Source: Candidatus Eremiobacteria bacterium (GTDB lineage Bacteria; Vulcanimicrobiota; Vulcanimicrobiia; Vulcanimicrobiales; Vulcanimicrobiaceae). From it: a stretch of DNA of 64,000 nt. Location of the stretch: assembly GCA_963758295.1 (NCBI GenBank), contig CAVWUU010000004.1:128001-192000 (forward strand), given 5' to 3'. The notes below the pieces were generated by a model. It saw nothing but the letters and a program-made list of their open reading frames with translations. It was not told where the DNA came from and did no database searches. Below are positions 1-9,038 of this stretch, piece by piece (positions within the stretch are counted from its first letter, which is position 1; each line of letters begins with the position of its first letter). The position numbers and the translations under genes were made by a program.

Positions 1-31
1 CGACGTGAATAGCCTTGGTCGTGAATTTCAT
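1..31 (-). CDS. 5' start of cystathionine gamma-synthase/gamma-lyase (Cys/Met PLP enzyme); runs off the window
   Basis: The minus strand from ATG at 31 reads MKFTTKAIHV, a typical MetB/MccB N-terminus, 15 nt downstream of the cbs stop. Confidence 0.7.
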   Translation of the reverse strand, partial: MKFTTKAIHV

Positions 32-46
32 GAAAGACTTCGCGCC

Positions 47-1429
47 TTATCGGGTGGAGAGGAAGCTGATGATGTCTTGACGGGTCAACACGCCGATCGG
101 TTCGCCGTCGTCGGTCACCACAATCGCGGGATTGGCAAGCGTGAGCAGCTTGTATGCCTTTTCGATTTCGCCGAATTGTTCGAGCGCAGGAAACGGGCGA
201 TTCATCACGTCGCTGATCGGTTTGTGCAGAATGTCCGACTGATCGAAGACGGCCTGCATAACGCCGACGTCGTTGATGCTGCCGACGACGTCGCTTCCGC
301 GCATTACGGGGAGCTGAGAAATTTCATACTTCCGCAGAAGATCGAGCGCCGTCTTCACGGTGTCGTCTTCTTTGACCGTAATCAAGCGCGGCAGCGGCGT
401 CTTGCTGCGCAGCACGTCGCCGACCGTCGCTTTGCGTTTGCCTTCGGAGAGAAAACCGTTCGCAATCATCCAGTCGTCGTTGAAAATCTTTGACATGTAC
501 CCACGGCCCGAGTCGGGAAAAATGACGACGACTACGGCGTCTTTGGGAAGGGTCTGGGCGAGCTTCGCCGCCGCGACCGCCGCGGTGCCCGACGAGCCGC
601 CGACGAGCAAACCTTCCTCGCGCGTAATGCGGCGCGCCATGAGGAACGACTCGCGATCCGTCACGCGAACCACTTCGTCGATGACCTTCAGATCGACGGT
701 TTCCGGCAAGTAATTCATGCCGATGCCTTCAACGGCGTACGAGCGCGGCGTGTCGCCGGAGTAGATCGAACCCTCGGGATCCGCGCCGATCACCGTAACC
801 GCCGGATTCTTTTCTTTCAGGAATCGCGCCGTGCCCGAGATCGTCCCGCCCGTTCCGATACCGGCAACAAGGTGCGTGATTTTTCCCGACGTCTGCTCCC
901 AAATTTCGGGACCGGTGGAATGATAGTGTGCGTCGGGATTGTGGTGATTGTGAAACTGGTTCGGCTGGAATGCGCCGGGGATCTCCGAGGCAAGACGATT
1001 GGCGACGCCATAATACGACTCGGCCGAATCGGCCGGCACGTTGCTCGGCGTGACGACGACTTCGGCGCCGTAGGCCTTGAGCAAGTCGATTTTCTCTTTC
1101 GACATCTTGTCGGGCATCACGAGGATGCAACGATAGCCCCGAATAGCCGCCGCCATAGCGAGGCCCGAGCCCGTGTTGCCGCTGGTCGGTTCGACGATCG
1201 TGCCGCCGGGCTTCAAAAGCCCCGCGCGCTCGGCCGCGTCCAGCATCGCAACTGCCGGCCGGTCTTTCACACTTCCGCCCGGATTTACGTATTCAACCTT
1301 TGCAAGCACCAGACACGATGCGCCGTCGGTGACTTTGTTGAGTTTGACGAGCGGGGTATGGCCGATGGCGGCAAGGGCGTTCTCACAGTACGTGATGCCC
1401 GTCGTGGTCTCGGATGCGGTCGTAGACAT
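47..1429 (-). CDS. cbs: Cystathionine beta-synthase with C-terminal CBS domains
   Basis: NPGGSVKDR PLP-lysine motif, EPTSGNTG, GIGTGGT and a C-terminal tandem CBS pair. Start placed at MSTTASE (1429). Confidence 0.92.
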   Translation of the reverse strand: MSTTASETTTGITYCENALAAIGHTPLVKLNKVTDGASCLVLAKVEYVNPGGSVKDRPAVAMLDAAERAGLLKPGGTIVEPTSGNTGSGLAMAAAIRGYRCILVMPDKMSKEKIDLLKAYGAEVVVTPSNVPADSAESYYGVANRLASEIPGAFQPNQFHNHHNPDAHYHSTGPEIWEQTSGKITHLVAGIGTGGTISGTARFLKEKNPAVTVIGADPEGSIYSGDTPRSYAVEGIGMNYLPETVDLKVIDEVVRVTDRESFLMARRITREEGLLVGGSSGTAAVAAAKLAQTLPKDAVVVVIFPDSGRGYMSKIFNDDWMIANGFLSEGKRKATVGDVLRSKTPLPRLITVKEDDTVKTALDLLRKYEISQLPVMRGSDVVGSINDVGVMQAVFDQSDILHKPISDVMNRPFPALEQFGEIEKAYKLLTLANPAIVVTDDGEPIGVLTRQDIISFLSTR

Positions 1430-1491
1430 GCCGTTGCGCTTCAGCAAGCGCCGAGGCGTGGCCTCCAGGCTGGAAGAAAGGTATACTAACT

Positions 1492-1842
1492 ATGATGAAG
1501 GTCGCACGTGCCGCCGTTACTCTAATGCTGCTAGCGCTGCCGCTCTCCGGCTGCAATAATGCCGACGAACTGCCGCCTGCAGGATCCTATGCCAGCTTAC
1601 ACGTTGCCGTAGTAGATGCCGTAACGCACAATCCCATCCCGAACGCGACGGTCGTCGTCGATACGGTCCTCACGCAGAAGACCGACACGAACGGCAACGT
1701 TTCGTTCGATAAGGTGCCCAGCGGGATTCTCGACTACGTCGTGAAGGCGCCGGGCTACCCGGACGTCAGCGCAAGTACGAACGCCGATCCGGGCAAGCCG
1801 TTTGTCCTTAACGTCTCGATGTCGCGGCAGACGCCGCCTTAG
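1492..1842 (+). CDS. Lipoprotein with carboxypeptidase-regulatory-like (transthyretin-like) domain
   Basis: Lipobox LSGC; the PIPNATVVV...TDTNG...VKAPGY pattern. Confidence 0.7.
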   Translation: MMKVARAAVTLMLLALPLSGCNNADELPPAGSYASLHVAVVDAVTHNPIPNATVVVDTVLTQKTDTNGNVSFDKVPSGILDYVVKAPGYPDVSASTNADPGKPFVLNVSMSRQTPP

Positions 1843-3172
1843 GACCTTTCGCGTAGGCCCGCGCGGGTTTCACGAACGTCGCGCGTTCCGCCACGGCGCG
1901 GTCGATTACGGAAAGAACGACGTCCGAGAGTTTCTCGGGATCGTGACGTACCGTTTGCGTTTCGCTAATCATCTCGGCGCGCACCGATCGCAAGCCCATC
2001 GCTTCGATGCGCTCGACGTCCGGATCCACGGGCAGTTGCCCCTCTTCGGCGTAGGTGCCGAGCAGCTTCGACGGCGGCTGGTCGTTCACGATGACGTAGT
2101 CACAAACCGGCGCGCCGGCGTTTGCAAAGAGCGACTCGACGTGGTCTGCGGCGCTCATGTTCTCCGTTTCGCCCGGCTGCGTCATGACGTTGCAAACGTA
2201 AATCTTTACGGCATGCGAACGCGCGACTTCGGTCGTGATGAGATCGATCAGGAAGTTCGGCAGAATGGATGTGAAGAGCGATCCCGGACCCAGCACGATA
2301 GCGTCGGCGTCGCGAATGGCGGCGAGCGCTTCGGGTAATGGGTCGACGAGATCGGGATCGAAGAACACGCGCCGGATCGGGCGCTTCGCGAGCGAGATAT
2401 TGGACTCGCCTTCGACGACCGTGCCGTCGTCGAGTTCGGCGCACAGACGTACAACGGAAAGCGTCGCGGGCAGCACGCGGCCGACGATGTTCAAGACGCG
2501 GCTCGACTCTTTGATCGCCTTATCGAAGTTTCCGGTGATGCCCGTCATTGCCGCGAGAAACAAATTGCCGAACGAATGACCGATGAGACCGCTGCCTTCC
2601 TCGAACCGGTAGCGGAAGAGATCGGTTACGAGAGCTTCGTTGTCCGCGAGCGCCACCAAACAGTTCCGAATGTCTCCCGGCGGCAACACGCCGAGTTCTT
2701 TTTGCAGGCGTCCCGACGATCCGCCGTCGTCACTTACGGTAACAATGGCGGTGAGGTTGCTCGTGCGGCGTTTCAAACCGCGCAGGAGTGTCGAAAGTCC
2801 GGTGCCGCCGCCGATGGCGACGATTTTATACCCCTGTTCGAGCCGGCGGTCGAGCAGTGTGTTGAGCAAACCTTGATCGCGGTTTTGTGAGGCGGCCCGC
2901 ACGAGCGCGCGCAGCCACATGCGAATGCCGAAGACAATGGCCAGGACACCAAAAAGTCCGAAGATCCACGTAAGGTAGGCGGGCGAGAAATAGTCGTCGA
3001 CGATGCCGTCGATGATCTCGTTGACATGGAGGCCCATGCCTTCGGCCACGAACCACCGGTCGACGGCGTTCACGAGCAGTATGACGCCCACGAGCGCGAG
3101 CAGCAGCCAGCGCTTGATGCCCAGACCGGGCAACAGCCACTGCAGGGGCGCGATTACACGACGGTTGATCAT
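1808..3172 (-). CDS. yvcK: YvcK/UPF0052 gluconeogenesis factor with N-terminal TM helices
   Basis: GGGTGLS, DDGGSSG, PPGDIRNCL, GHSFGNL, GPGSLFTSI; lies directly downstream of rapZ. Confidence 0.92.
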   Translation of the reverse strand: MINRRVIAPLQWLLPGLGIKRWLLLALVGVILLVNAVDRWFVAEGMGLHVNEIIDGIVDDYFSPAYLTWIFGLFGVLAIVFGIRMWLRALVRAASQNRDQGLLNTLLDRRLEQGYKIVAIGGGTGLSTLLRGLKRRTSNLTAIVTVSDDGGSSGRLQKELGVLPPGDIRNCLVALADNEALVTDLFRYRFEEGSGLIGHSFGNLFLAAMTGITGNFDKAIKESSRVLNIVGRVLPATLSVVRLCAELDDGTVVEGESNISLAKRPIRRVFFDPDLVDPLPEALAAIRDADAIVLGPGSLFTSILPNFLIDLITTEVARSHAVKIYVCNVMTQPGETENMSAADHVESLFANAGAPVCDYVIVNDQPPSKLLGTYAEEGQLPVDPDVERIEAMGLRSVRAEMISETQTVRHDPEKLSDVVLSVIDRAVAERATFVKPARAYAKGPKAASAATSRR

Positions 3173-4023
3173 CGAACGAGATCCCGTAATTCAACCGCCA
3201 GCGCGAGTCGCTCGTCGGCGGCAAGCATGTCGAAAATGCGCCGCGTCACGTATACGGAACGATGGCGGCCGCCCGTGCAGCCGATGCCGATGGTCAGTTG
3301 AGCTTTGCCTTCGGCGACATAGCGCGGAAGCAGAAACTGTAGCATGTCGTGCAGCTTCTCGATGAATGGTTCCAGCGACGGATCTTCGTCGATGAATGCA
3401 CGTACTTCCGGATCGTCGCCGGTTTGGCTACGCATGCTGTCGACATAATTCGGATTGCGTAAAAACCGCACGTCGAAGAGGAGATCGACATCGAGCGGTA
3501 CGCCGTTTTTGAAGCCAAAGGCAATGAGCGAAACGCCAAGCGCCGCGCGCGCTCCCGGAGCGAACGTGGCGGCGATGCGCTCCTTGAGCGCGCCGTGAGT
3601 TAGCGTCGTCGTGTCGATAATCATCGATGCTTGTTCGCGCAATGGTGCAAAGGTACGGCGCTCTTCGGCGATCGCTTCCAACAACGATCCGCGCGCCGCC
3701 AACGGATGCCGCCGGCGGGTTTCGCTGAAGCGTCGCACGAGCGATTCGTCACGCGCTTCGAGGAACAGAAGTGACACGGTACGGGTGCGCGCGGCATGCG
3801 CGATGGCAACGAGTGCGTCGCCGAAGAGCGCGCTTCCGTGACTGTCCAGGGTAACGGCAACGTCGTCGATTTTTGCCGCGTCGAGCACGCGCAATGTTTC
3901 ATCGAGTGCCGCCGGAGGTAGGTGTTCAACACAGTAGAAGCCCAAGTCTTCGAAGGTCTTCATCGCCTGACTCTTTCCGGCTCCGGAAAGGCCGGCAACG
4001 AAGACGATCCGAGCCGCGCTCAT
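3169..4023 (-). CDS. rapZ: RNase adapter RapZ/YvcJ P-loop protein
   Basis: GLSGAGKS Walker A, RRFSETRRRHPL, DVRFLRNP, IGCTGGRHRSV. Start placed at MSAARIVF (4023). Confidence 0.93.
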   Translation of the reverse strand: MSAARIVFVAGLSGAGKSQAMKTFEDLGFYCVEHLPPAALDETLRVLDAAKIDDVAVTLDSHGSALFGDALVAIAHAARTRTVSLLFLEARDESLVRRFSETRRRHPLAARGSLLEAIAEERRTFAPLREQASMIIDTTTLTHGALKERIAATFAPGARAALGVSLIAFGFKNGVPLDVDLLFDVRFLRNPNYVDSMRSQTGDDPEVRAFIDEDPSLEPFIEKLHDMLQFLLPRYVAEGKAQLTIGIGCTGGRHRSVYVTRRIFDMLAADERLALAVELRDLVR

Positions 4024-4050
4024 CGGCGGCAGAGGGAGCGTTGCACGAGC

Positions 4051-4458
4051 ATGAAGTTCTTTTCTCCCGAGCGAGCCAACGCCCTCATTCCTAAAGTGGC
4101 TCCCCTCGTCGATGAGTTGCTGCTTAAACGTCGCGACCTCGCGATCAAGTTGTTGGAAAGTGACCCGGCTTTGCACAGCGGCAATGCACCGCGCACGAGC
4201 CGCCTCGCCGGACTGCGGTCGCCGTTCCCGCCGCCGCGTTTCGGCGAACTGAAGAGCGAGATCGTCCGGTTGATCCACCGCATCGAGTCATTTGGATGCA
4301 TTGTTAAAGATATCGACCTCGGCACCGTCGATTTCCCCTCTACCCATGAAGGCGAGCCCATGTATCTCTGCTGGAAAGCCGGCGAAGATCGCGTGACGCA
4401 CTGGCATGGAATAGAAGAAGGCTTCGCGCAACGGCGCGAGCTCGAAGTCGAAAGCTAA
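4051..4458 (+). CDS. DUF2203 family protein
   Basis: MKFFSPERANALIP start; KDIDLGTVDFP and LCWKAGE..THWH...GFA.R motifs. Confidence 0.85.
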   Translation: MKFFSPERANALIPKVAPLVDELLLKRRDLAIKLLESDPALHSGNAPRTSRLAGLRSPFPPPRFGELKSEIVRLIHRIESFGCIVKDIDLGTVDFPSTHEGEPMYLCWKAGEDRVTHWHGIEEGFAQRRELEVES

Positions 4459-4459
4459 C

Positions 4460-4493
4460 GAAAAGAGCGCCCCGCCTCGCGGAGCGCTCTTCG
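4460..4493. terminator. Hairpin between convergent genes (probable intrinsic terminator)
   Basis: GAAAAGAGCGC-CCCGCCTCGCGG-AGCGCTCTTC imperfect inverted repeat. Confidence 0.55.
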
Positions 4494-4511
4494 CATTATC
4501 CTCCTCGGGGA

Positions 4512-4913
4512 CTAACGCGTTGCCGCGGCCTCGACCGGCACGAAATCTTCGGCCAAGCCCTGAAGACGCACTTCGCCGAACTCGGCGGTGTACGCACCGG
4601 CTTCGGCGCCCGTGATTTCGCCGATCTCCGGGACGTTCGTGAGCTGCGGAATCTTCGCGCGAATTTCATCCGGGATGCGCACCTTATCGCCGACCGAAAG
4701 CGTCCCAGAGTCGAAGAGCGCGTTCAGGCTTTCGAGCAGCATCGGCAGCGGTATTCCGTAATCTTCGCTGACCGCGCCGATGGTATGCGATTCGCTGATC
4801 GCACAGTTCGAGCAGCCGCCCAAATGGAATCGGGCAAACACGCGGCGCGCGCCGGCATGCAGCTGGAACGCCTGGTCGACGGTCATATCGGGGGTAAAAT
4901 GTTGTTCGCTCAC
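4512..4913 (-). CDS. DUF1858 (hybrid-cluster-associated disulfide) domain protein with extra C-terminal beta domain
   Basis: FTPDMTV...RVF.RF.LGGCSNCAIS...TI......YGI....LLESLN pattern. Confidence 0.7.
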   Translation of the reverse strand: MSEQHFTPDMTVDQAFQLHAGARRVFARFHLGGCSNCAISESHTIGAVSEDYGIPLPMLLESLNALFDSGTLSVGDKVRIPDEIRAKIPQLTNVPEIGEITGAEAGAYTAEFGEVRLQGLAEDFVPVEAAATR

Positions 4914-5036
4914 GGTGGTTTTCTTCGGCTCCTTGTACCTTGATCATTGGCTAAACCCGCCTCCCGTCCCCGCGAGTTGCACTCAGCCAAGCAGGCATGG
5001 CTTCCGGCAGAGCCGGCGCCCGAAGGGAACACTCAG

Positions 5037-5432
5037 CGAAGTACGCCTGTAAGCCGGATTCTGTACGCACGTCCCAGGGCTCGCGCCCCGGTGCCGCTTG
5101 TGGCGATCATCTATCTGGGATGCGCGTCACCGCGCACCTCGATGCGACGTAGCTCGTGGGAGTGGGCCACCCCGTACAATCGAGCGGTCTTGCTTCAGGT
5201 GGGGTTTACCCGAGCGCGCGTCACCGCGACGCTCCGTGAGCTCTTACCTCACGATTTCACCCTTACTTGGCCCGGACCGAGGTCCTAGCCGAGCGGTATG
5301 TTTCTGTGGCACTTTCCTTCGAGTCGCCCCGACAGGACGTTATCCTGCACCTTGCCCGATGAAGCCCGGACTTTCCTCACCCGGCACCGGCGGAAAACCC
5401 GACGGCCCGGCGCGATCGCCCAGCGTACTTCG
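5037..5432 (-). ncRNA. rnpB: RNase P RNA (type A)
   Basis: The minus strand carries the universal GAGGAAAGTCCGGG and ACAGAATCCGGCTTA motifs. P1 ends pair (CGAAGTACGC / GCGTACTTCG), and a TATACT -10 box lies just upstream. Confidence 0.96.
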
Positions 5433-5479
5433 CCCGCGTAGTATATCACGCGGGCGAAGATGGTCTGGAGCGGTGTTCC

Positions 5480-6340
5480 CTATTGCCCGTTCGCGTCGAA
5501 GATGCCGACGAAGCCGGCCATCGAGCTCGACGTCATGCCGTTGGGGTACGGTCCGGCCGCCGGTTGGGACGATGCCGCGGGACCGTCGATCAGGTAGAGG
5601 GACAAATTGCCGCTGTTACACGGATATTTGTTCGTGGCGCATCCCGTTGCGTCGATGGCGGAGGGCAGAATGGTATAGCCGCCGCTCGTCGCCGACACCG
5701 CATAGAAGCCGATCGAAGCCGATGCCGCTGCGTTTGTCGGAAGCGCTTGCGGGCCCGTTACGCCGCCAACGGGCTGCGAATTGCCGAGTTGTTGATTCGT
5801 CGTCGGCGACGTCGCGACGAACCATCCGAAATTCACGCTCGGTTGCGTGCCGGCAATTGCCGACGCCGCGTTGTGAAAGTTCACGTTGCCGTTGGTTGCC
5901 GAAGCGTAGGCCGTGTCGTTGAATTTCAGCAAATTCAAGGTGTCGCCGGAATTGACCGGATGCTGCGAACCTGAAATTACCAGCGAAGTATACGTTCCGC
6001 CGTTCGCGGCGACGCTCTGATTCGAAAAGGAGGCGACGGGCGTCGACGTTCCCGCGACGTCGATTGTCAGCGTGTGCGTTCCCGTTGCCGAAAGTGATTG
6101 ATATGCCGTTATTCCGCCGTAGGCGAGCGGCGATGTGTTGACTTTGTTGCCGTCGACGATGACGTCGACGGCGCCGGTGTCCGGCGAACCGTTTACGAAG
6201 CGAATAAAGCCGTTGTTTGTTCCAAAACCCGGAACGGAGCTGCTGCTGCCGCCGCACCCGGTTAGCGTTGCGCCGAGAATACCTGCGAGCGCAATCAAAC
6301 CGAGGCGCGCCTGAGCCCAGCGCGATGTGTAACCGTTCAT
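5480..6340 (-). CDS. DUF4397 domain lipoprotein
   Basis: Lipobox LTGC, then IRFVNGSPDTGAVDVIVDG (DUF4397 signature); Ser/Thr/Gly/Asn-rich. Confidence 0.8.
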   Translation of the reverse strand: MNGYTSRWAQARLGLIALAGILGATLTGCGGSSSSVPGFGTNNGFIRFVNGSPDTGAVDVIVDGNKVNTSPLAYGGITAYQSLSATGTHTLTIDVAGTSTPVASFSNQSVAANGGTYTSLVISGSQHPVNSGDTLNLLKFNDTAYASATNGNVNFHNAASAIAGTQPSVNFGWFVATSPTTNQQLGNSQPVGGVTGPQALPTNAAASASIGFYAVSATSGGYTILPSAIDATGCATNKYPCNSGNLSLYLIDGPAASSQPAAGPYPNGMTSSSMAGFVGIFDANGQ

Positions 6341-6511
6341 AAAACTCCCTTTGGTATGAATTGCCGTCGATGCAAATCGCTGAAGGGGTTACCACGACCG
6401 CATGCGGCCTCAAACGAATTTGCGTGCCCTTCGGCCAAGCGCGCGAAAGGAGTTGCGACGGACGGCGTGAATAGGGGCGGGTCGCCGCGGGACACCCCGG
6501 CGCATCGCCAT

Positions 6512-6587
6512 GGGGGCATAGCTCAGCTGGTAGAGCATCACGCTGGCAGCGTGAGGGTCAGGAGTTCGAGTCTCCTTGCCTCCACCA
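6512..6587 (+). tRNA. tRNA-Ala (GGC), CCA encoded
   Basis: GGGGGCA/TGCCTCC acceptor with G3-U70, anticodon loop CTGGCAG, TTCGA T-loop, ACCA end. Confidence 0.97.
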
Positions 6588-6588
6588 T

Positions 6589-6661
6589 GGGGATGTAGCT
6601 CAGTTGGTAGAGCGCCTGCTTTGCAAGCAGGATGTCGCAGGTTCGATTCCTGTCATCTCCA
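6589..6661 (+). tRNA. tRNA-Ala (TGC), CCA not encoded
   Basis: GGGGATG/CATCTCC acceptor with G3-U70, anticodon loop TTTGCAA, GGTTCGATTCC T arm. Confidence 0.96.
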
Positions 6662-6670
6662 GAAATTAAA

Positions 6671-6704
6671 AGAAGCCTTGTCCGTTTGGACGAGGCTTTC
6701 TTTA
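6671..6704 (+). terminator. Intrinsic terminator after the tRNA-Ala pair
   Basis: AAGCCTTGTCC-GTTT-GGACGAGGCTT stem followed by a T-rich tail. Confidence 0.75.
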
Positions 6705-6804
6705 TGCATTAGTAGCGCTCGCGCAACACACGTTAATCGGTCTTTAGATTTTCTGGCACGGTTCTGTCACAATTGCGCCTTGTTCGTGAACGGGCGGCCG
6801 AGCG

Positions 6805-7620
6805 ATGATCGAGTTGCGGAGAATTGCAACTATGATTTCGCAATTGATGGCCGGCATTGCGGCTGCCGCGATCGGCACGTCGAATGCACAGGCAAATAAC
6901 GGTGCTTGTTGGCAGATGATCGGAAGCGCCGTTAAACGCAGCGCGCAAGCCGTACTTCCGAAGTTCATAAGTTACTCGGAACGCACCGAATTCTCGCTCA
7001 ATGGCAAACCCGCCAACACTTACAACTCGCAAATCACCTATCGTGACGACGGAATGGCGTACATCAACGATGATCGTTGGACGTACCCCATGGTTAGCGA
7101 GTCGATCGAGCCCGGTCCACCGGCACTCGGGCCGTACGGCGATAATCGAGCGGCGTGGCTTTCTACGGAAAGCGATGGCTCCTCGAACCTTCCCGTCATC
7201 GCGCACGTGTACGCGCATCGTACGCGCTCTTGCCGCGACGCTGGGCCGGCAACGATCGACAACCGGCTCGTCGAGCATCTAATCGTCGACGCGGAGAATC
7301 CGTCGGATGCCGGGTTGCGCGAAATCTGGATCGATCCGCAACTGGACATCGCGCGTTTGATCCTCCGCGCTCCTATGACGATGCTCGTACGCAATGCGCC
7401 GGTGCAAGATTTCGCAAATTTCCAAGTCGACGTGGAATTTGTCGATGGGCATGCGGTGGTGCGTCAAGTTTCGTGGGCCTATCACCAAAAGCACGACGGC
7501 GATTACGAGGATCTTGCGGGCAATTATGAATTCATGAATTACAGCTTTAGCCAGAGCGAGCCCCCCGGAACCTTTAGCGCCGTTACGGCATCAAACGGGT
7601 CGAACCGGTCTACCCGGTAG
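6805..7620 (+). CDS. Secreted hypothetical protein (paralog of 7673-8446); alternative start 6832
   Basis: Signal peptide ending AQA; shares YRDDG.AY, EPGPP.LGPY, LPVIAHV and GLR.IWIDPQ with the next gene. Confidence 0.8.
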   Translation: MIELRRIATMISQLMAGIAAAAIGTSNAQANNGACWQMIGSAVKRSAQAVLPKFISYSERTEFSLNGKPANTYNSQITYRDDGMAYINDDRWTYPMVSESIEPGPPALGPYGDNRAAWLSTESDGSSNLPVIAHVYAHRTRSCRDAGPATIDNRLVEHLIVDAENPSDAGLREIWIDPQLDIARLILRAPMTMLVRNAPVQDFANFQVDVEFVDGHAVVRQVSWAYHQKHDGDYEDLAGNYEFMNYSFSQSEPPGTFSAVTASNGSNRSTR

Positions 7621-7672
7621 ACTATTGCAATAGTGTCGCTGCCGCGGGAGAATCAAATTCCGGAGGCAGATT

Positions 7673-8446
7673 ATGGCTCTGCGATGGTTCGGCACCCTCG
7701 TTGCTGCCGTTGTAGTTTTGGCTCCAACACCGGTTGCGCGCGCCGCAGACGATGGTTGTTGGCAACTGATCGATCGTGCGCTTCAACACAGCGCCGGGTC
7801 GCCTCATGCGCGGTTCATAACTTACGGCGAGCACTTCACCGTTTTCGCCGACGGCATCCCGTTGGAGAACATCGGCTCGACGATCGTCTATCGCGACGAC
7901 GGCCTGGCCTATGTTGCCGACGAGCGGTGGGTGCACCCTTTCCTCAGCCGGTTCCTCGAGCCGGGACCTCCGGTGCTTGGCCCGTACCGCGACTCACGGC
8001 CGGGATGGCTTGCGGCCGACACAATGGTTACGGCGTTACCGGTAATCGCGCACGTGCATGCGTATCCGAAAGAAACCTGTGCTGACGACGGGCCGGCGAC
8101 GGTCGACGGAAAACCATTCGTGCATTTGACGGTGGGCCATGAATTGAGCGAGCGTCCGGGGCTGCGTGATATTTGGATCGATCCGCAAGCGTACGACATC
8201 GGCCGTGTCGTAGTTCGTGGTCCGCTGCACTTTTACGTGCGTGACGGCTTCAAGGATGAACTGACGGATTACACCGTCGATTTGGAGCGCGTGGCCCAGT
8301 ACACCGTCGTGCGCCGTGTGACATGGCAGTATCGCGAGCGCGAATACAGTCAATGGACGGACCTCTCCGCCGAATACGATTTTCGCGACTACAATTTCAG
8401 CGACGTCCCTCCCCCGGGGACAATGCAAGCCGAACTTGCCATGTAG
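7673..8446 (+). CDS. Secreted hypothetical protein (paralog of 6805-7620)
   Basis: GGAGG RBS, signal peptide ending ARA, same conserved blocks as the upstream gene. Confidence 0.85.
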   Translation: MALRWFGTLVAAVVVLAPTPVARAADDGCWQLIDRALQHSAGSPHARFITYGEHFTVFADGIPLENIGSTIVYRDDGLAYVADERWVHPFLSRFLEPGPPVLGPYRDSRPGWLAADTMVTALPVIAHVHAYPKETCADDGPATVDGKPFVHLTVGHELSERPGLRDIWIDPQAYDIGRVVVRGPLHFYVRDGFKDELTDYTVDLERVAQYTVVRRVTWQYREREYSQWTDLSAEYDFRDYNFSDVPPPGTMQAELAM

Positions 8447-8496
8447 CACCCCTGGGAACAGACGGATAGGCCGGGATGTGGTATTATGAATAGCTC

Positions 8497-8835
8497 ATGG
8501 AGAACGAACGGGCGAGCGCCACGCCTTTAATCGTTACCGTTGATGGCGAGTGGGATTTGGCTCGGGCTGACGAGTTAGAGGCCCTGTTGCAGCCGACGTA
8601 CGAGCGTTCGAATGTCATTCTCGATATGACGCATTCAACGTATGCGGACTCCACGTGCCTGGGACGGCTCATCCGGATGCGCACGCATCGCGCCGAACAG
8701 GGGTTCGACCCGGCGAGAATCGTGCTTCCCTCGCCCCAGTTAAGGAAGCTCTTCGATCTGGTGGGCTTCGATCGCATGTGGCCCTTATACGATACGCTCG
8801 ACGAAGCCCTTGACTCTTTCCGCACGCATACCTGA
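8497..8835 (+). CDS. STAS-domain anti-sigma factor antagonist
   Basis: VDGEWDL...VILDM....YADSTCLG.L...LRKLFDLVGFD STAS pattern. Confidence 0.85.
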   Translation: MENERASATPLIVTVDGEWDLARADELEALLQPTYERSNVILDMTHSTYADSTCLGRLIRMRTHRAEQGFDPARIVLPSPQLRKLFDLVGFDRMWPLYDTLDEALDSFRTHT

Positions 8836-8923
8836 TCTCCACTACGTCGAGCCGACGCACCGGAGCGAAACCCCGAACGTCTACGGACGGTAGCAACAAA
8901 CAAACGTAACGGGGATCTGCGCT

Positions 8924-9034
8924 ATGACTTTGCCGATGGCGATCGTTCTTGCAACCGCGATGCTCTGCGCAACGGTGCTCATCATCACGTTTGTCGGCAT
9001 ATCGTTAGCCAATCGCGAATCGCGACGGAAGTGA
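8924..9034 (+). CDS. Small single-TM protein (36 aa)
   Basis: MTLPMAIVLATAMLCATVLIITFVGISLANRESRRK; GGGGA upstream; ends 4 nt before the next ATG. Confidence 0.45.
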   Translation: MTLPMAIVLATAMLCATVLIITFVGISLANRESRRK

Positions 9035-9038
9035 AATC

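Noticed and set aside
3922..4278. Extended N-termini of rapZ and DUF2203 given by the ORF track
   Set aside because: The extensions overlap the opposite gene, and family-like sequence starts at 4023 and 4051.
4947..5922. ORFs 4947-5288 and 5098-5922 (+)
   Set aside because: They lie antisense to RNase P RNA and the DUF4397 gene and have no protein-like features.
6356..6899. ORFs spanning the tRNA-Ala pair
   Set aside because: They are translations of tRNA sequence.
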